A stretch of DNA of 64,000 nucleotides, from the NCBI GenBank assembly GCA_964106645.2, contig OZ067039.1. One strand, written 5' to 3'. How positions within the stretch are numbered: position 1 is the first letter of the stretch; each line of letters opens with the position of its first letter. The notes below the pieces were generated by a model that searched no databases, was not told where the DNA came from, and saw nothing but the letters and a program-made list of their open reading frames with translations. Below are positions 13,052 to 25,206 of this stretch, piece by piece. The position numbers and the translations under genes were made by a program. Source of the stretch: Podarcis pityusensis. Its lineage: Eukaryota.

Positions 13052-13780
13052 TCTCTTGGCTTATGAGGAAAGGGAGGGGTGGGTTTCTAAGACATTGTAA
13101 CACTACCATCTGTTGGTCACTGCTGTACTCGCTACACCATTGCTATTACCTTGCGCCATCCCCACCCTGGGGAACGGAGAGCTGAGCCCCCGCTGTCCTA
13201 GGTAGTTTCCTGTTGGCTACCTGTACCTCCCCCCTCCATCCCTCACTAAGTGAGCCTTTTGGGAGGAGTGAGAGACACCTGTGCTCAAATAACCTTATAC
13301 ACTGTTCCTTGGCTGTGGAGAGAGAGAGTAGCCCACTGCCTGATCCTCCTAGCTTTGTGTTGGCTGGGTAGCAGAGCAGAATTCTCAAGGAGTGCCTCCT
13401 ATGTGCGCCGTTACAGGTGGGAGAGCTGCTCTTCTCATTGGAAACTGCATTTAAGCATGCTCCAAAGCCAGAGTAAATGGGCCCAGCCCACAGCATGATC
13501 TGGGCCTACATCCTTCTCCCCCCCTCCCCTTTAGTACATTCTATGGTTGCATCTTGCCAATCAAGTGGCCTTCACCTCCAACACCACTGCCCCCTCCCCC
13601 TCCATGATCTCACAGCCCTCCATGTCTCTTCTCAGTCCCTTTGGAGAACCCACGACATTGAACACAGCCTGCTCCAGGCCTGCGTTTCTTCTCTCCTCCC
13701 TCTGCCCTACTTATGCTCGCTGCTTTTGAAGACTCATCTCTTGTGTTTAGTGCTGGTGTAGGCAGAATGGAACCAGTGAC

Positions 13781-13786
13781 AATAAA
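13781..13786 (+). terminator. HGS polyadenylation signal
   Basis: AATAAA about 730 nt after the HGS stop, followed by a T-rich/GT-rich downstream element. Confidence 0.7.
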
Positions 13787-14088
13787 GTATTTAAAACTTT
13801 TTTCAGTCTGTGCTTCCTCGTAGGCCTTGGGTTAAAAGTTTCTGTCTCTGCAGAACTAGTTGGTGGGTTGTGACCACCGGTGTATGCAAGGTCTTAGAAG
13901 GGGGTACAGGAGGCATTCGTCATCCTGGGGCAGCGCAGAGAATAGAATTTCTTAAAGCCATTCTGAAAACGTTATTGCCCCCTCCCCCAAAGAAGCTGCA
14001 GAAGCATCCATTTCTTTTTCTTAATTTAATTTCCACACCCATCCATATAAATAGGGCAGTCTTCCTTTGACTTTTCCGTAGCCAGAGA

Positions 14089-17000
14089 TCATAACTCCCT
14101 CCGCCGAAAGATCAAACATTTGGTGTATTCAGGCATCTCCAGCTGAGGAAGAAAAATAGGCACTGAGTATTGCATCAGGGAGGATGAGCAAAATGGAAGC
14201 CTATGGGAGAAACTGCAGAGCTGGTGGGATCCCCATTCCCAGGAAACAAAAGAGCAAGAGTGGGAAGTGGTGGTTGTGGTTTCTGCAGTTCTATTTCATT
14301 GCCCCCTACAACGTTGTAGGCTGACCTCAGCCTCTTACCATGCGCTCGAGCCGGAGTGCATTAGTGTTTGCCAGTTGACGAAGCTCCTCCACATCTCTCA
14401 GTCCCCACTCAGGATTTCTGCCATTTTAAGAGCATAATGTGTTAAAAGTAGAACATGGCCTCGTCACAACGAAATCCTTAGACCCTTTCCCAAAGAAGGA
14501 GAAACAGTAGGCTAAAGGCTAAACACGGTCTCTGCCTGTAGCTCGTCTTCATCATGTAACACAAAATCTTGCCCTGTTGTCCATCTTCCATGCTACTACA
14601 CAACATGTAAATAGTGAGGAAATAAATCAAGGGGAAATTTCCAAGTAGCCTTTCCCCATCCTGCCTTGACCTCACTAGGCCTTTGGTGGTCACCACAAGG
14701 GAGATGAGATGGAATCCTGTCCTTCAGCTCTAACATACCTGGCCTGGAGCATGTTATCCAGTTGCACATTGCACTCTGGGAGGATGATCCCATTAACGGC
14801 GAACGGCTGTGGAGTGGAAGCAGAGGGAATTAACACCGGGCCAGCATTCTATGGGGCTCTTAGGGCAAAGGTCTAGAACGAAGGCAACAAACCTAACATC
14901 AGTGACCCTTGAGCAAGCCCCATTGAATTCAGTAGGATTTGCTTCTGAGGAGGCGTTGTGCTGTAAGACTCATGAGCACGTTTGCGGAAGAGCAAGAAGT
15001 CTTGTGGCAGAACTGGATCAAAATATGAGCTGCTTTCCAACCTTGAGGTTCTCCTTTTCCATCAAGTTGGTGGTGGTGGATACTGCTTAGAGCTGGGCTT
15101 GGGTGCACAAAACTCTTACGCATCCGAGCAAAGCAATAAGCAGAAGCACTCGGCCTTCCTATTGGCTGATGTGGAGGGAGAGTGATCAATTCAAAGGCTC
15201 CCAACAACAAGCTGGTGGTCAGGCACTTTGAGAGCTGCACAAATCAAGACTTCTAGCAAGCCCCACCCATACCTAGATGTAATGAAATATGACCTTGCAG
15301 GTCAGATGGGGAATCCTGGCAAAGCGGACTTTGCCTGTGATTGCCTTCCCACTGAGCTTAAGCTGTAATGGATGGTTTTCCTATACTCACCCCGTAGGCC
15401 AAGCAAATGCCTCCAGGTTTCAGCAGTTGTCCTATGCCTTTAAACATTCCCTGTAACGCAAAAGGTTATCTGTTGAATAAGATCCTTTGCAGAGGTCAGT
15501 TTCCATAATATTGACCTAAGTGCTTTGTCATACCTCCAGGCCTTGATCAGTCATGTGCAGCAGGTTAATAATAATGATGAAGTCACAACAGCCTTGACTC
15601 AAGCCAGCCCACTGGTCCCATGGCTGTGTTACATCTATGGCAAGGGGTTCTCGGACATTGGTCACCTTGGTGGCTTGGATGTAAGCAGAGATGCTGTGGG
15701 AAAAGATGGAAGATTCTTATTTTTGTGTGTAAAGCCATAATAAAAAAAGGGGAGAGTTACTTTCTCCAGTTTCCTTCATCCTGGCCCCACAAAAAAAGCA
15801 GCACTGGCTTTGAAATACAGTCAGGTAATATAGTAGGATGCTAGTGGGAAATGTATGTAACTTCTTTCTCTGAACCAGAGAAAGGCTAGACAAGGGTATG
15901 ATATATGCATCCAACATTGATTCTCCAAGTTAAAGGGGTGGACACATTTTTATGATTTTTCCAAGTGACAGTGCTAAGATTTCAGATGTGACTGCTCTGT
16001 GAATTATGGTCAGTGTAAATGACACAGGCACTCAATTACATGTGTATGTGACGCTAGCGACAAGCAATACAGCACACTGGCACAATCTCCCATGCCATTT
16101 TATGCCCTTCAGTTTCTGTCCTCATCCCTCCCAACACCTCTTGGTGAGCAATGACTATTAGAAATGTTATTGCTATTTGAAAAGGAATACCCCACACAAC
16201 ACCCTCTTTACTCCATCTGTTGACTTAAGCTGTTTGCGCCAGATGATTTTTGCACAGGCCAAGATGCCACCTACGAAATGCTGTTACAATTTTATCCTCA
16301 CCCTTGTGCATGTTTTGCAAATTGTAAATTTCAGGAATAGCTAACAATAAAATAAAATGTAATGAAGGAACGTCTGGAAAACCCCTTGGACGCTTGCCAA
16401 CCATTTGTTCATGTTTGTCATACCACATCTCAAAAAAGAAATTCCTCATTTCTCATACTGTAATATTAACTGTAGTATTAACCATGATAATTTTAATCTA
16501 CCAACAACCCACAGACCCAGGCTAAGTAGTCAAAGCAACACCAGGTATTAAAGCCAAGTTTTTAAAAAATGCATCTACCTTGGCATATACTGTTTTATTG
16601 CCAGATTATTCTATAGTCTAAGACAGATTGCCACCAAGAAGTTCTCACTATTCCGCTGAAATATACACATGCCGTTACTGCTTCAGCAGCAAGTCTTTCT
16701 TACCAAGAATATATGCACAGCTAGGATCTGTCCAATGCAGAACAGTCTAGCTATTTCTTGGAAAGGCATTTCCAGGCTACTGAACACAAGCTGCCATATG
16801 GTTTTTGACAGTCCCTTTTGGTTGACTATAAACAAGGACTAAGAGCCAGTTCTTTTTAGTGCAGATTTTGTGCCAACATTCTGCTGGGGCCAAGGGAAAG
16901 CATGGTCCACACACTACTACAACACCCATCCCTTGCTGTCACCACAGGCCCCAGTATACCTCTGTTGAGAAGCTGGGCTGATCTCTGAGGGTTGCCAGAT

Positions 17001-17153
17001 GACCGTGGGCAAGGCCTGGGCAAAGTGCACCACATGCTGTCCTGTGCCAGATCCCAGTTCAAGCCCAAAAGCTGATCTTGTGTCATCCACATAGTCAGCC
17101 AGCACCTCAAGGATGGTTTCCTTGTTTCTCTCAGCCATCGGCGAAACTAGCAT
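14089..17153 (-). CDS. METTL26-like: METTL26-like (DUF938/UPF0585) SAM-dependent methyltransferase paralogue, 6 coding exons, 204 aa
   Basis: complement join(16960..17153,15534..15693,15391..15450,14739..14806,14339..14417,14089..14142) = 615 nt, all GT-AG, phases 2,0,0,2,0, no stops. Protein: MLVSPMAERNKETILEVLADYVDDTRSAFGLELGSGTGQHVVHFAQALPTVIWQPSEISPASQQSISAYIQATKVTNVREPLAIDVTQPWDQWAGLSQGCCDFIIIINLLHMTDQGLEGMFKGIGQLLKPGGICLAYGPFAVNGIILPECNVQLDNMLQARNPEWGLRDVEELRQLANTNALRLERMLEMPEYTKCLIFRRREL*. The motifs AERNK, LELGSGTGQH (SAM motif I), WQPS, INxxH, YGP and NPEWGLRD are characteristic of METTL26. Confidence 0.93.
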
Positions 17154-18429
17154 CTTTTCTGGAGATAGGCTCTGTTCTCTTCTCCCGGGATTTCTGTTTG
17201 CTTTCTGATATCTCCAGCCCTACAATGATGCCCTAAGCTAGATTTATTAAGGCAAAGGAGATTACACTAAGATGCACTTGGCTACAGCAGGAAAAGCACG
17301 TGTTGCCCTTGCACCTGCAGCTCAGACAATCCTGCTGAAAGATTCAACACAATGTTTTCACGGGGATATTTTGTACAGACCTCTGAGCTGCATGTCTGCT
17401 TCATACACCTGATGATCTATTCTACAAAGTAGGCTGATCAAATACTCATCATGCTGCAATAAGATGGTTGCCTTTTAAGGGGTCACAGAGTCCTGTTGTT
17501 TTTATTCAGAAACATGTTGTCTTTGGGATCTTGTTTCTGTTGGATTTTTTGTTAGATTTTATTTATATGCAAATGCAATACAGTAATACATAACTTTAAC
17601 AGCATTACTATATAAGATCACTTTTGTCTAGGAGTTTGTTTCATGAGCTATTAAGATCAGTGCCAGCTATCGGTACTAGGCTGGCTGCAATATTCCTGAA
17701 TCAGGAATGTGTTCTAAATCAACAGTGCTGAGACTTGCGGCCATCACTCACTGTATAAGAGGTCAAGAAATGGAACTGCTGAAACTAAAAAGTACAACTT
17801 CATTTTATTGTGAAGGATCAAATTAATACATGCTTGTCTAAAGAAAAAGGTTTTAGCAGGCATTGAAAAACAATACAAATCAGTATGAGCTCTGCTGTGG
17901 GGCTTCTGGTGTGCAGCAGCTTTCCCCACTGAGTTCTTCATTTGTGGTGTCTGATGGGCAAGTCTGTTTCTAAAAACTTTCAGTTCTTATCAGCATTGGC
18001 TAAAATCAAACTAATGCAAATCCTTGTCTCTGCATCTCTCCCACACAAAAAGCCCTTTGTTTCAAGAAGGCAGACTGGATGAAACACAAAGCTAATTCTG
18101 GATCCAAGCCAAGTTAGACTGTACATCTTTGTGTTCTGTAAATATCCAGCACGCTGGTATATATCAAATTACAAAAAAGTAGTCAGGACCAATTCTGTAC
18201 ATCACCAAAATCTTTTTGGGAATTATTGTTTACTCAGAAGTAGGTCCCACTGAATCCAACAGGGCTTGCTCCCAAGTGTTTCAAGGCTGCAGCCTTAGCT
18301 TAATTATCAGCTTTGTAAACAAACCCTGTGATTTGCTAGGCCGAATTTTAATTGTCAGCAGCCCCAGCGCCGTGCTGTTAATATGTGCACTTGGCAATAT
18401 CAAATTATGCCTTCCCAGCTTTTGAATCC

Positions 18430-18914
18430 CACCGGTCTCCTTGCTAAACGAATCAAACAACCACCTCTGTAGAGCTCAGTGGCACGTTCCGGGAACACCA
18501 TTTTGCACACATTTTACAATTTACACCGCCTCCATTCCACAGGCTCCAAACGCTCCTTCCTCTTCCCGCGCAAAGAAAACACGCTCCCAAAGCCCGCGCG
18601 ACGTCCGCCGTTGCTAACAAACGCGTCTGCCGCCGCCGCCGCGCGCAGCAACGCCTGCCATAGAGTCTTCATCCCTAGCGCGGCATTGTGTAAGGGTGGG
18701 AAGCGGCCCGAACGTCACCTCCGTCAACCACGGAGATGCACAGCGGGCCGCCTAGAGCGCCATCGATCAAACTCGGCCGCGATAGGTGCACCCCGCTGGA
18801 TCAGAGAGAAGGAGCGGGCAGAGCGTTCCCTCGGCGTCCTCTGCCGCTCGCACGCCGGAGACAGAGGAGAGCGCCGGTGTGTCTCCGTCCTGCCCGCCTC
18901 CTGGAGCTGCCGCC
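18430..18914. promoter_or_regulatory. CpG-island promoter of MRPL12, probably shared divergently with the METTL26-like gene
   Basis: CpG-rich from about 18480 to 19220. The METTL26-like ATG is preceded by an acceptor (TGTAG| at 17220/17219, minus strand), implying an upstream exon toward this island. An X-box-like GTTGCTAACAAAC lies at 18610-18622. Confidence 0.6.
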
Positions 18915-21900
18915 ATGGCCATGTTGCCCGCGGGCCGGCTCGGGACCGCTATCCGCCTGCTGCTGCGGTATGCAAGAGGCGGGAGGTGGGCTGGGCGGTT
19001 CCGAGGGGCCCGAAAGAGGTCGAGGTTAGGCGAGTTCACGTGCCAGAATCCCATCGGAATCCCGCCTTTCCCGCGTGAGGGATGAGGCGCCCACGCGCGC
19101 TTTTTCCGCCGTGAAATGTTCAAAGCTGTTTCGGGTGCTTCCCGTTTGGTGGTGCCCGCAACAGCTCTGAAAGGTGGGCCGCCCTCGCTAACCCCAAATC
19201 ACCATCGAGGGCGCGAAGCTGGTGGTGGCAAGTTTGCCAAAGGCCGACCTGCTGGTTTTTATGGCTGAGGCGAGACTTAAAACCAAAACTTCCTGCTTCC
19301 TGGCTCCTGCTTTTAGTCAATAGGCAAGGAGTGGGTAGGAGCTTAAAACTGATGGAAGGGGTTCCCAATGGTCATCTAGTCCAACTCCCTGCAACACCAA
19401 GAGAAGGTCAGCCACTGGCCAGTTTCTGCTGGACAGCCTAGGGCTATCTCTGCAGATGTCCCCCTCCCCTTTGTTCTCAATATCCAGTTTCTAGTCACAA
19501 ACAGCAAGTTTGAGAAATAGTCCGGGTAGAAACGGAAGATAGAAGCTGTGAACTGTCTGGACTGTTTTTGACAAAAAATGGTAGATTAGTTGGCTCTTGA
19601 TTTGTTCCAAGGTAATTTTTATGTTTATAAGTAAGAAGGCACATTTGAAGTTACTTAAGCCCTACTAGGATATGAATATACATTCTTGCTTTGTGGAGCA
19701 GAGGACTTCCTTTTTGAAAATTAGAGTAGACCGTGCAAGATTGAAGTCAGTCCACCCTGCTCATCACCTGCTCTGGTGACAACTATCTGCTCTGAGTTAT
19801 CCCACTGTGGAGCTCACAGTGCAAAAACAAATTTATCTACACCTCACATTGGAAAACACTTCAAGCTTTTAAAAATGCCTTTTAGTAATATGGACATTCT
19901 GAAGGAAATCAGCCCTGAGTGCTCACTGGAAGGACAGATCATGAAGCTGAGGCTCCAATACTTTGGCCACCTTATGAGAAGAGAGGACTCCCTGGAAAAG
20001 ACCCTGATGTTGGGAAAGATTGAGGGCACAAGGAGAAGGGGACGACAGAGGACGAGATGGTTGGATAGTGTTCTCAAAACTACGAACATGAGTTTGACCA
20101 AACTGCGGGAGGCAGTGGAAGACAGGAGTGCCTGGCGTGCTTTGGTCCATGGGGTCACGAAGAGTCGGACACGACTAAACAACAACAATATGGACATCTC
20201 CTTAATTATTATTTTTTTAAATTACAGTTTTGTTGGTGCTGAGAGGTGTTGCTTCTCCCCCTTTTCCACAGCACCTACACCAATCCATGTTTATATCACC
20301 CTTTCTTCTCACTTGGGTGGCCTTGCTGTTTCTCCTGAAGCACATCTGTTCTCATTCTTTCATTCATTTGCTGCTTGCACAGGTCTTTATGTTGTGAACC
20401 ATGATGTGCTGACAAACTCTTTGTTGATTTTTCTACAGGCAGCATCAGCCACGAGCATGTGCTATTAGGATGCTGAAGACTACCAGCTCACAGCGAAGTG
20501 AAGTCTTGGCAACTCCGCCTCTTGATAATGTTCCCAAGGAGTACTCACCCAAGATTCAGCAGCTAGTTCAAGACATTGCCAGCCTCACCCTACTGGAGAT
20601 TTCTGACCTCAATGAACTACTGAAGGTGCCAGTGTTTGCATGGGAAGCAGGGTGATTGCTGTACTAGGGAAAGATGGAGCAGCAGACAGCTCATTGTTGG
20701 TCATGTATTTCTCTGGGATGGGGTGCTTTGGAATTCCTTCCCCAGTTTTTGTGATGCATACAATATAGAAGGAGGATTAATATTTCTCTTAACACTGCTT
20801 ACTCTGTCTTTTTCTTCAGAAAACCCTCAAGATCCAAGATATGGGACTCATGCCAATGGCTGGGATGATGCCACCAGCACAAGCAGCAGCTCCAGTAAGG
20901 GATCGATTGTTTAACTTGTTGTTTATTTGGGCTGAGTAGCAGCTGTAGCTGGGCAAATGTCTGAATGGAAAACTTCAGCAGCCCTACAAATGAGCATTCT
21001 GTTGAGAGCATTGTGTGTGAAGGCACCAAAATATTACATAACAGGCATGTTGATTGCTTGAGGCTGCTGGACTAAGCATGCAGCCAGCCTGTTGTTGCCC
21101 TGCATTTAACAGTGGCTTTTGAAGCAGAAAGAGAAGCAGTTCTGCTGCACTGTCATGGAAAAGGTTGTTTCAGTGTTGCTAACTCGTCAGATGACATTTT
21201 CCTGGATATTACTGGTGTATAACAAACTCAGCAACTGGAGATGGGAATGCAGGGGTGAGAAAAGTTCTCTGCTAATAGGGGCTTACTTTGTGGTTGTGCT
21301 TGGTATCGCAGTCGTCTTGCCACATTTATTTATTTACATACCCTGTCTTATGAACTCTTAAGAAATAAGATGTTCAGAACCAAAATACCATTTACTGTAT
21401 ATAAAAGCCACACAAAGCCGTTAAGCTATCTAAAGAGTAAATAGCACTAACACCAGTGCAGTGGTCCTGCCACTTATGTGAGGTTTAGTTCCAGGGGTCC
21501 ATGTGTAAAGGCAAAATCATGAGTAGTCTGTCCCTGAAAAAGAGGGTGCCATTGCATCACATATTTTCAGGCCACTGCAACAATTTAAATCTAGCACATG
21601 ATGTGTTGGGCCTGCAATAACCAAGGATAACCCTGTCATTATTGTGGACATCACAAAGACCTGAGCTGCAGGTGATAGGGAAGCCTGGACATGGATGTTA
21701 AACCCTTTACCTAAGATTGGGCAGATAGTTGTAATAACTCTCACTGCAGTTGACATCTCAGGGCTGATACTGCATCAAGAATCAAGTTGGGAGCTGTTGG
21801 ATCAAAACAGGTCGGCTCGAATTATGCACTGAGTTCTTAGTTCTATATTCCTGGTCAGTAGCGTTCACTAGAATTAAATACTCAGTGGTAGATGTTTTGT

Positions 21901-24407
21901 TGACAGTTGATTTGGCATTAATGCGTTGCCCCTTGGCCCCTCACACACGCACAAACAAATCCCGCTGCAGCCAACCAAAGACAGTCAACCACATCCTAGG
22001 CCACCCCAGCCTCTCACACCACCAAGGAAACATAACAAGCGAATAGAAAGAGATCCTGTCCAAGTGACGCTGAAACAACCCCCCTCCCCCGCGCACACGC
22101 TATCTCAAAGAACATGCACTTTACCATCCCACCCCCCCCTCTCCCATCCCCTCCCTCTTTTCTTCCCAATATAAGTTGCCCCTTGGGGCCACACCTTTCT
22201 GTGACCCATTCCCCTTATTAAGATTTTCTAAGTACCATGTCAAGACAGTCTTTATAGTAGCTCTGTTTTGAGATCATCTTCCCATCCCAAAAAATGCAGG
22301 GATTTACGTAAACTGCATGCAAACACTTCCAAAGATGCAGGCAAGTGCTCCTTAAATGTGAAGATTTCCACATCAAAGTCTCCTTTCTCAAAGGAGGTTA
22401 CTTATACAACATTATGATACTTCTCCCTTGTAGCCTTAGATCAGCGTTTGCCAACCTGGTGCCCTCCAGATGTCTTCGACTACAACTGCCATCTGGAGCT
22501 GTAGTCCAAAACATCTGGACAGCAGCAGGTTAGTGAAAATTGCCTGCTTGTATTACACTGGTTAAGATCTTGAGCATTTGTGGAGCAGATGAAATGTCCA
22601 TTTGGCCCGCCACCTATTTCCCATTGTGGACAATCAGAAGTTTCTGCTCCATATGCTGGGCCTTTCAAGTCAATAACAATTCGCCTGCTATTACTTCCAG
22701 TAACTGATTAGATATGCTCATTGGGCCACTTCCAGTAATAAAAAGCTGGTGTTCAGTTAAGGCAAGGCTTTTGGGCTGACCTACTGTCTCTATTCCTTCA
22801 TCATTAAAGGAGAACTAGCATAGATGGTGAGGTGTTTTAATCTTCTTTCTAGTTTACTGTTGATTTTGATCAACTCTTAAATGTTTTAACTACTTGCTTC
22901 TAACTTTTCATTGATGGTTTTCATTTCTTGTAAACCGCATAACGGTTTTGTTGCAGTCAAGTGCTATATACATTATGGTTAAATAAAAATAAAGATTCAG
23001 CAATGGTCTTGCAGCCCAACACAAGAATTTAGGGGAAATAATGAAGGAGTAGCTGGTGCAAGTTTTGTTAGATCTTCCCTCTGTATTTGGTACTTTGGTA
23101 CTACCATTGGCTAATGAAACTTCAGGGATGTGAGGGTCAGGCTCCTGTTGCCAATTGTGAGTGGGTTTTTATCTTTTTTGCTAGGAAGCTGAAGAGGATT
23201 TTGTCCCCAAGAAGCCGGAGAAGATAAATTTTACAGTCAAGTTGACTGAATTGAATGCTGCAGATAAGGTGAAACTTATCAAGGAGGTGAAGAATTGTAT
23301 GCAAGGCTTAAACCTTGTCCAGGTAAGCAGATGGTGCTCAAGGCTGACTTAACAGGTGAATGTGCTAAAGGCTTGAGGGAGGCAAGTTTCCTTTTACTTG
23401 TGCCATACAGAACTTAATTATCAAGTAGCCCCATCTACTTGGGCTACTGTTGTGCATTTAATGGTGGTGTAAGTACCTCCTTGCTCTCTGCCTCTTGTCT
23501 GATATATCCACAAGAGGTCTGCAGTCAGTACTTAGGGCAAATGCACATTTTGCTTGACCTGTACTTTGATTGTATTGTGTACCAATTTATTCCCCTGGGT
23601 CCGGGAGCTTTTCTTTTTCTGTGGCTGTGCCTTCCGAAAATCTGATCCTACCTGCTGAATTAAAGCTCCATTAAGCAAAATCTCTCTTTGGATTTTCTGC
23701 ACATCCATCAAAAAAGATCTGATTCAGTGGGAAAGATCAAATTTTCACAAGGCACAGTTGCAGAACAATGAGGAAAGCCCTGGGACCTTTAATCAGTACA
23801 CGGTAATCAGGGGAAATGAATCAGTACACAATACAGGTCAGGTGAAGAGTGGATGAGCCCTTGGTCATACCACCTGGGGGCAGCAAATTACAAAGAGATG
23901 AGCTGCCAAAGGAACGTTCACATGAGGAAAGTGAGGAGGTAATGCGGAGTTAGTGGAAGCGAATTTGCATCCTTTGAGATAGTACCAGCTAGTGTGGCAA
24001 GTCCCTTACAAATCATGATGCTCCAAAGAGGATTCTTCTAAGCATTTGGACTCTGGTCAGAAATGGCTTACTGTTTCTTGCCAGGAACTTGGCCAGCTGA
24101 AAAGTAATACTGCCGCTTCAGCCTAGGAAATGCTTCTGCTTGGCTCATCTTCTAGGCTGTGTAATCTGCCAAGTGGGGAGATAGGGGCGAAGTCACAGAG
24201 GGTCCCATACTAGTGGGAGCAGGCAGCAGCAGCTTCTTGGGTTCAGCGTTATCCCTTTCCGTGGCTAACTGGCTCTCTTATCTCTTGCAGGCGAAAAAGT
24301 TGGTAGAGTCTCTTCCTCAAGAGATCAAGGCACACGTCTCTAAAGAGGAAGCGGAGAAAATCAAAGCTGCTCTGGAGGCAGCAGGAGGGACTGTCGTTCT
24401 GGAGTAA
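18915..24407 (+). CDS. MRPL12: Mitochondrial ribosomal protein L12 (bL12m), 5 coding exons, about 189 aa
   Basis: join(18915..18967,20439..20625,20820..20894,23185..23322,24291..24407). An Arg-rich presequence is followed by [36 protein letters not shown] ... [60 protein letters not shown]. The exon 1 donor at 18967 has a same-phase alternative at 19024. Confidence 0.96.
19898..20186 (+). mobile_element. BovB (RTE clade) LINE, 5'-truncated, in MRPL12 intron 1
   Basis: Encodes [58 protein letters not shown], the BovB ORF C-terminus. It has a (CAA)n tail and an 11-bp TSD AATATGGACAT (19887-19897 and 20187-20197). Confidence 0.92.
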
Positions 24408-24879
24408 CGGTTGGCATCGGCAGCCAAAGGACTAAAGCAGAGCAGGGGAAAGTCCTGCGCTCTGTCACCCACCTGAAGCTTTTATTTGCCTGCTGACTGG
24501 TGGTGGTGGGATGCTGTGCAGTTCCATGAAGCTGTGCCCCGCCTTGTTTTCTCTGCAATGTGGTTGTCCACTGAGATGGCCCAGTGTGGGATGAATGTCT
24601 TCGGCACAATGGGGGTCTGTTGTTTGTACCAACACTGCAAGGAACTGAATCTATAAAGAGTATACACGGGGGCAAATGCCTTTAGAACAAGTGTTGTGTG
24701 AGCAGACTTTCTTGCATACCAGTGTCCCTCCTCACCTGGAAGGGCTCCCTGGTTTGTGCGTTTTTGCACCAGATCCTGCTAGCAGCTCATCTTAGGCTCT
24801 CTTGGTGGTATTCAGGGCCACTCTCTTAGCTGCAGTTTCTACCATGACCCACAAGGACAGCCTTCCCAGTTGACTGGGA

Positions 24880-25025
24880 GGCTGTGGACTCTCCTTCCTT
24901 GGAGGTTTTTAAGCAGAGGTTGGATGGCCATCTGTCACGGATGCTTTAGTTGAGATTCCTGCATTGCAGGGGGTTAGGCTAGATGTCCCTCTGAGTCCCT
25001 TCAGACTCTTCAGTTCTTTGATACT
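24880..25025 (+). mobile_element. CR1 LINE 3' fragment
   Basis: CTGTGGACTCTCCTTCCTTGGAGGTTTTTAAGCAGAGGTTGGATGGCCATCTG...CCTGCATTGCAGGGGGTT matches the CR1 ORF2 end and 3' UTR. Confidence 0.75.
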
Positions 25026-25206
25026 GTGATGGGAATTGTAGCCCGGGTTGGGGAGAAGCATGGTGATGACTAGCCACTCAACATAGAAGTGTAGTGGTCC
25101 AGGGACCTGCCTTGCATTGCAGGCAGCTTTCCCCATCATGAGCTGTTCCTCCCCATGAAATAGATTGAATGTGAAAAAGCCTGATCTCTTTTCTCCTCAG
25201 GATATT

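Noticed and set aside
19776-20468. 230-aa ORF in MRPL12 intron 1
   Set aside because: Its core is the truncated BovB ORF end, and the flanks are ordinary intron sequence.
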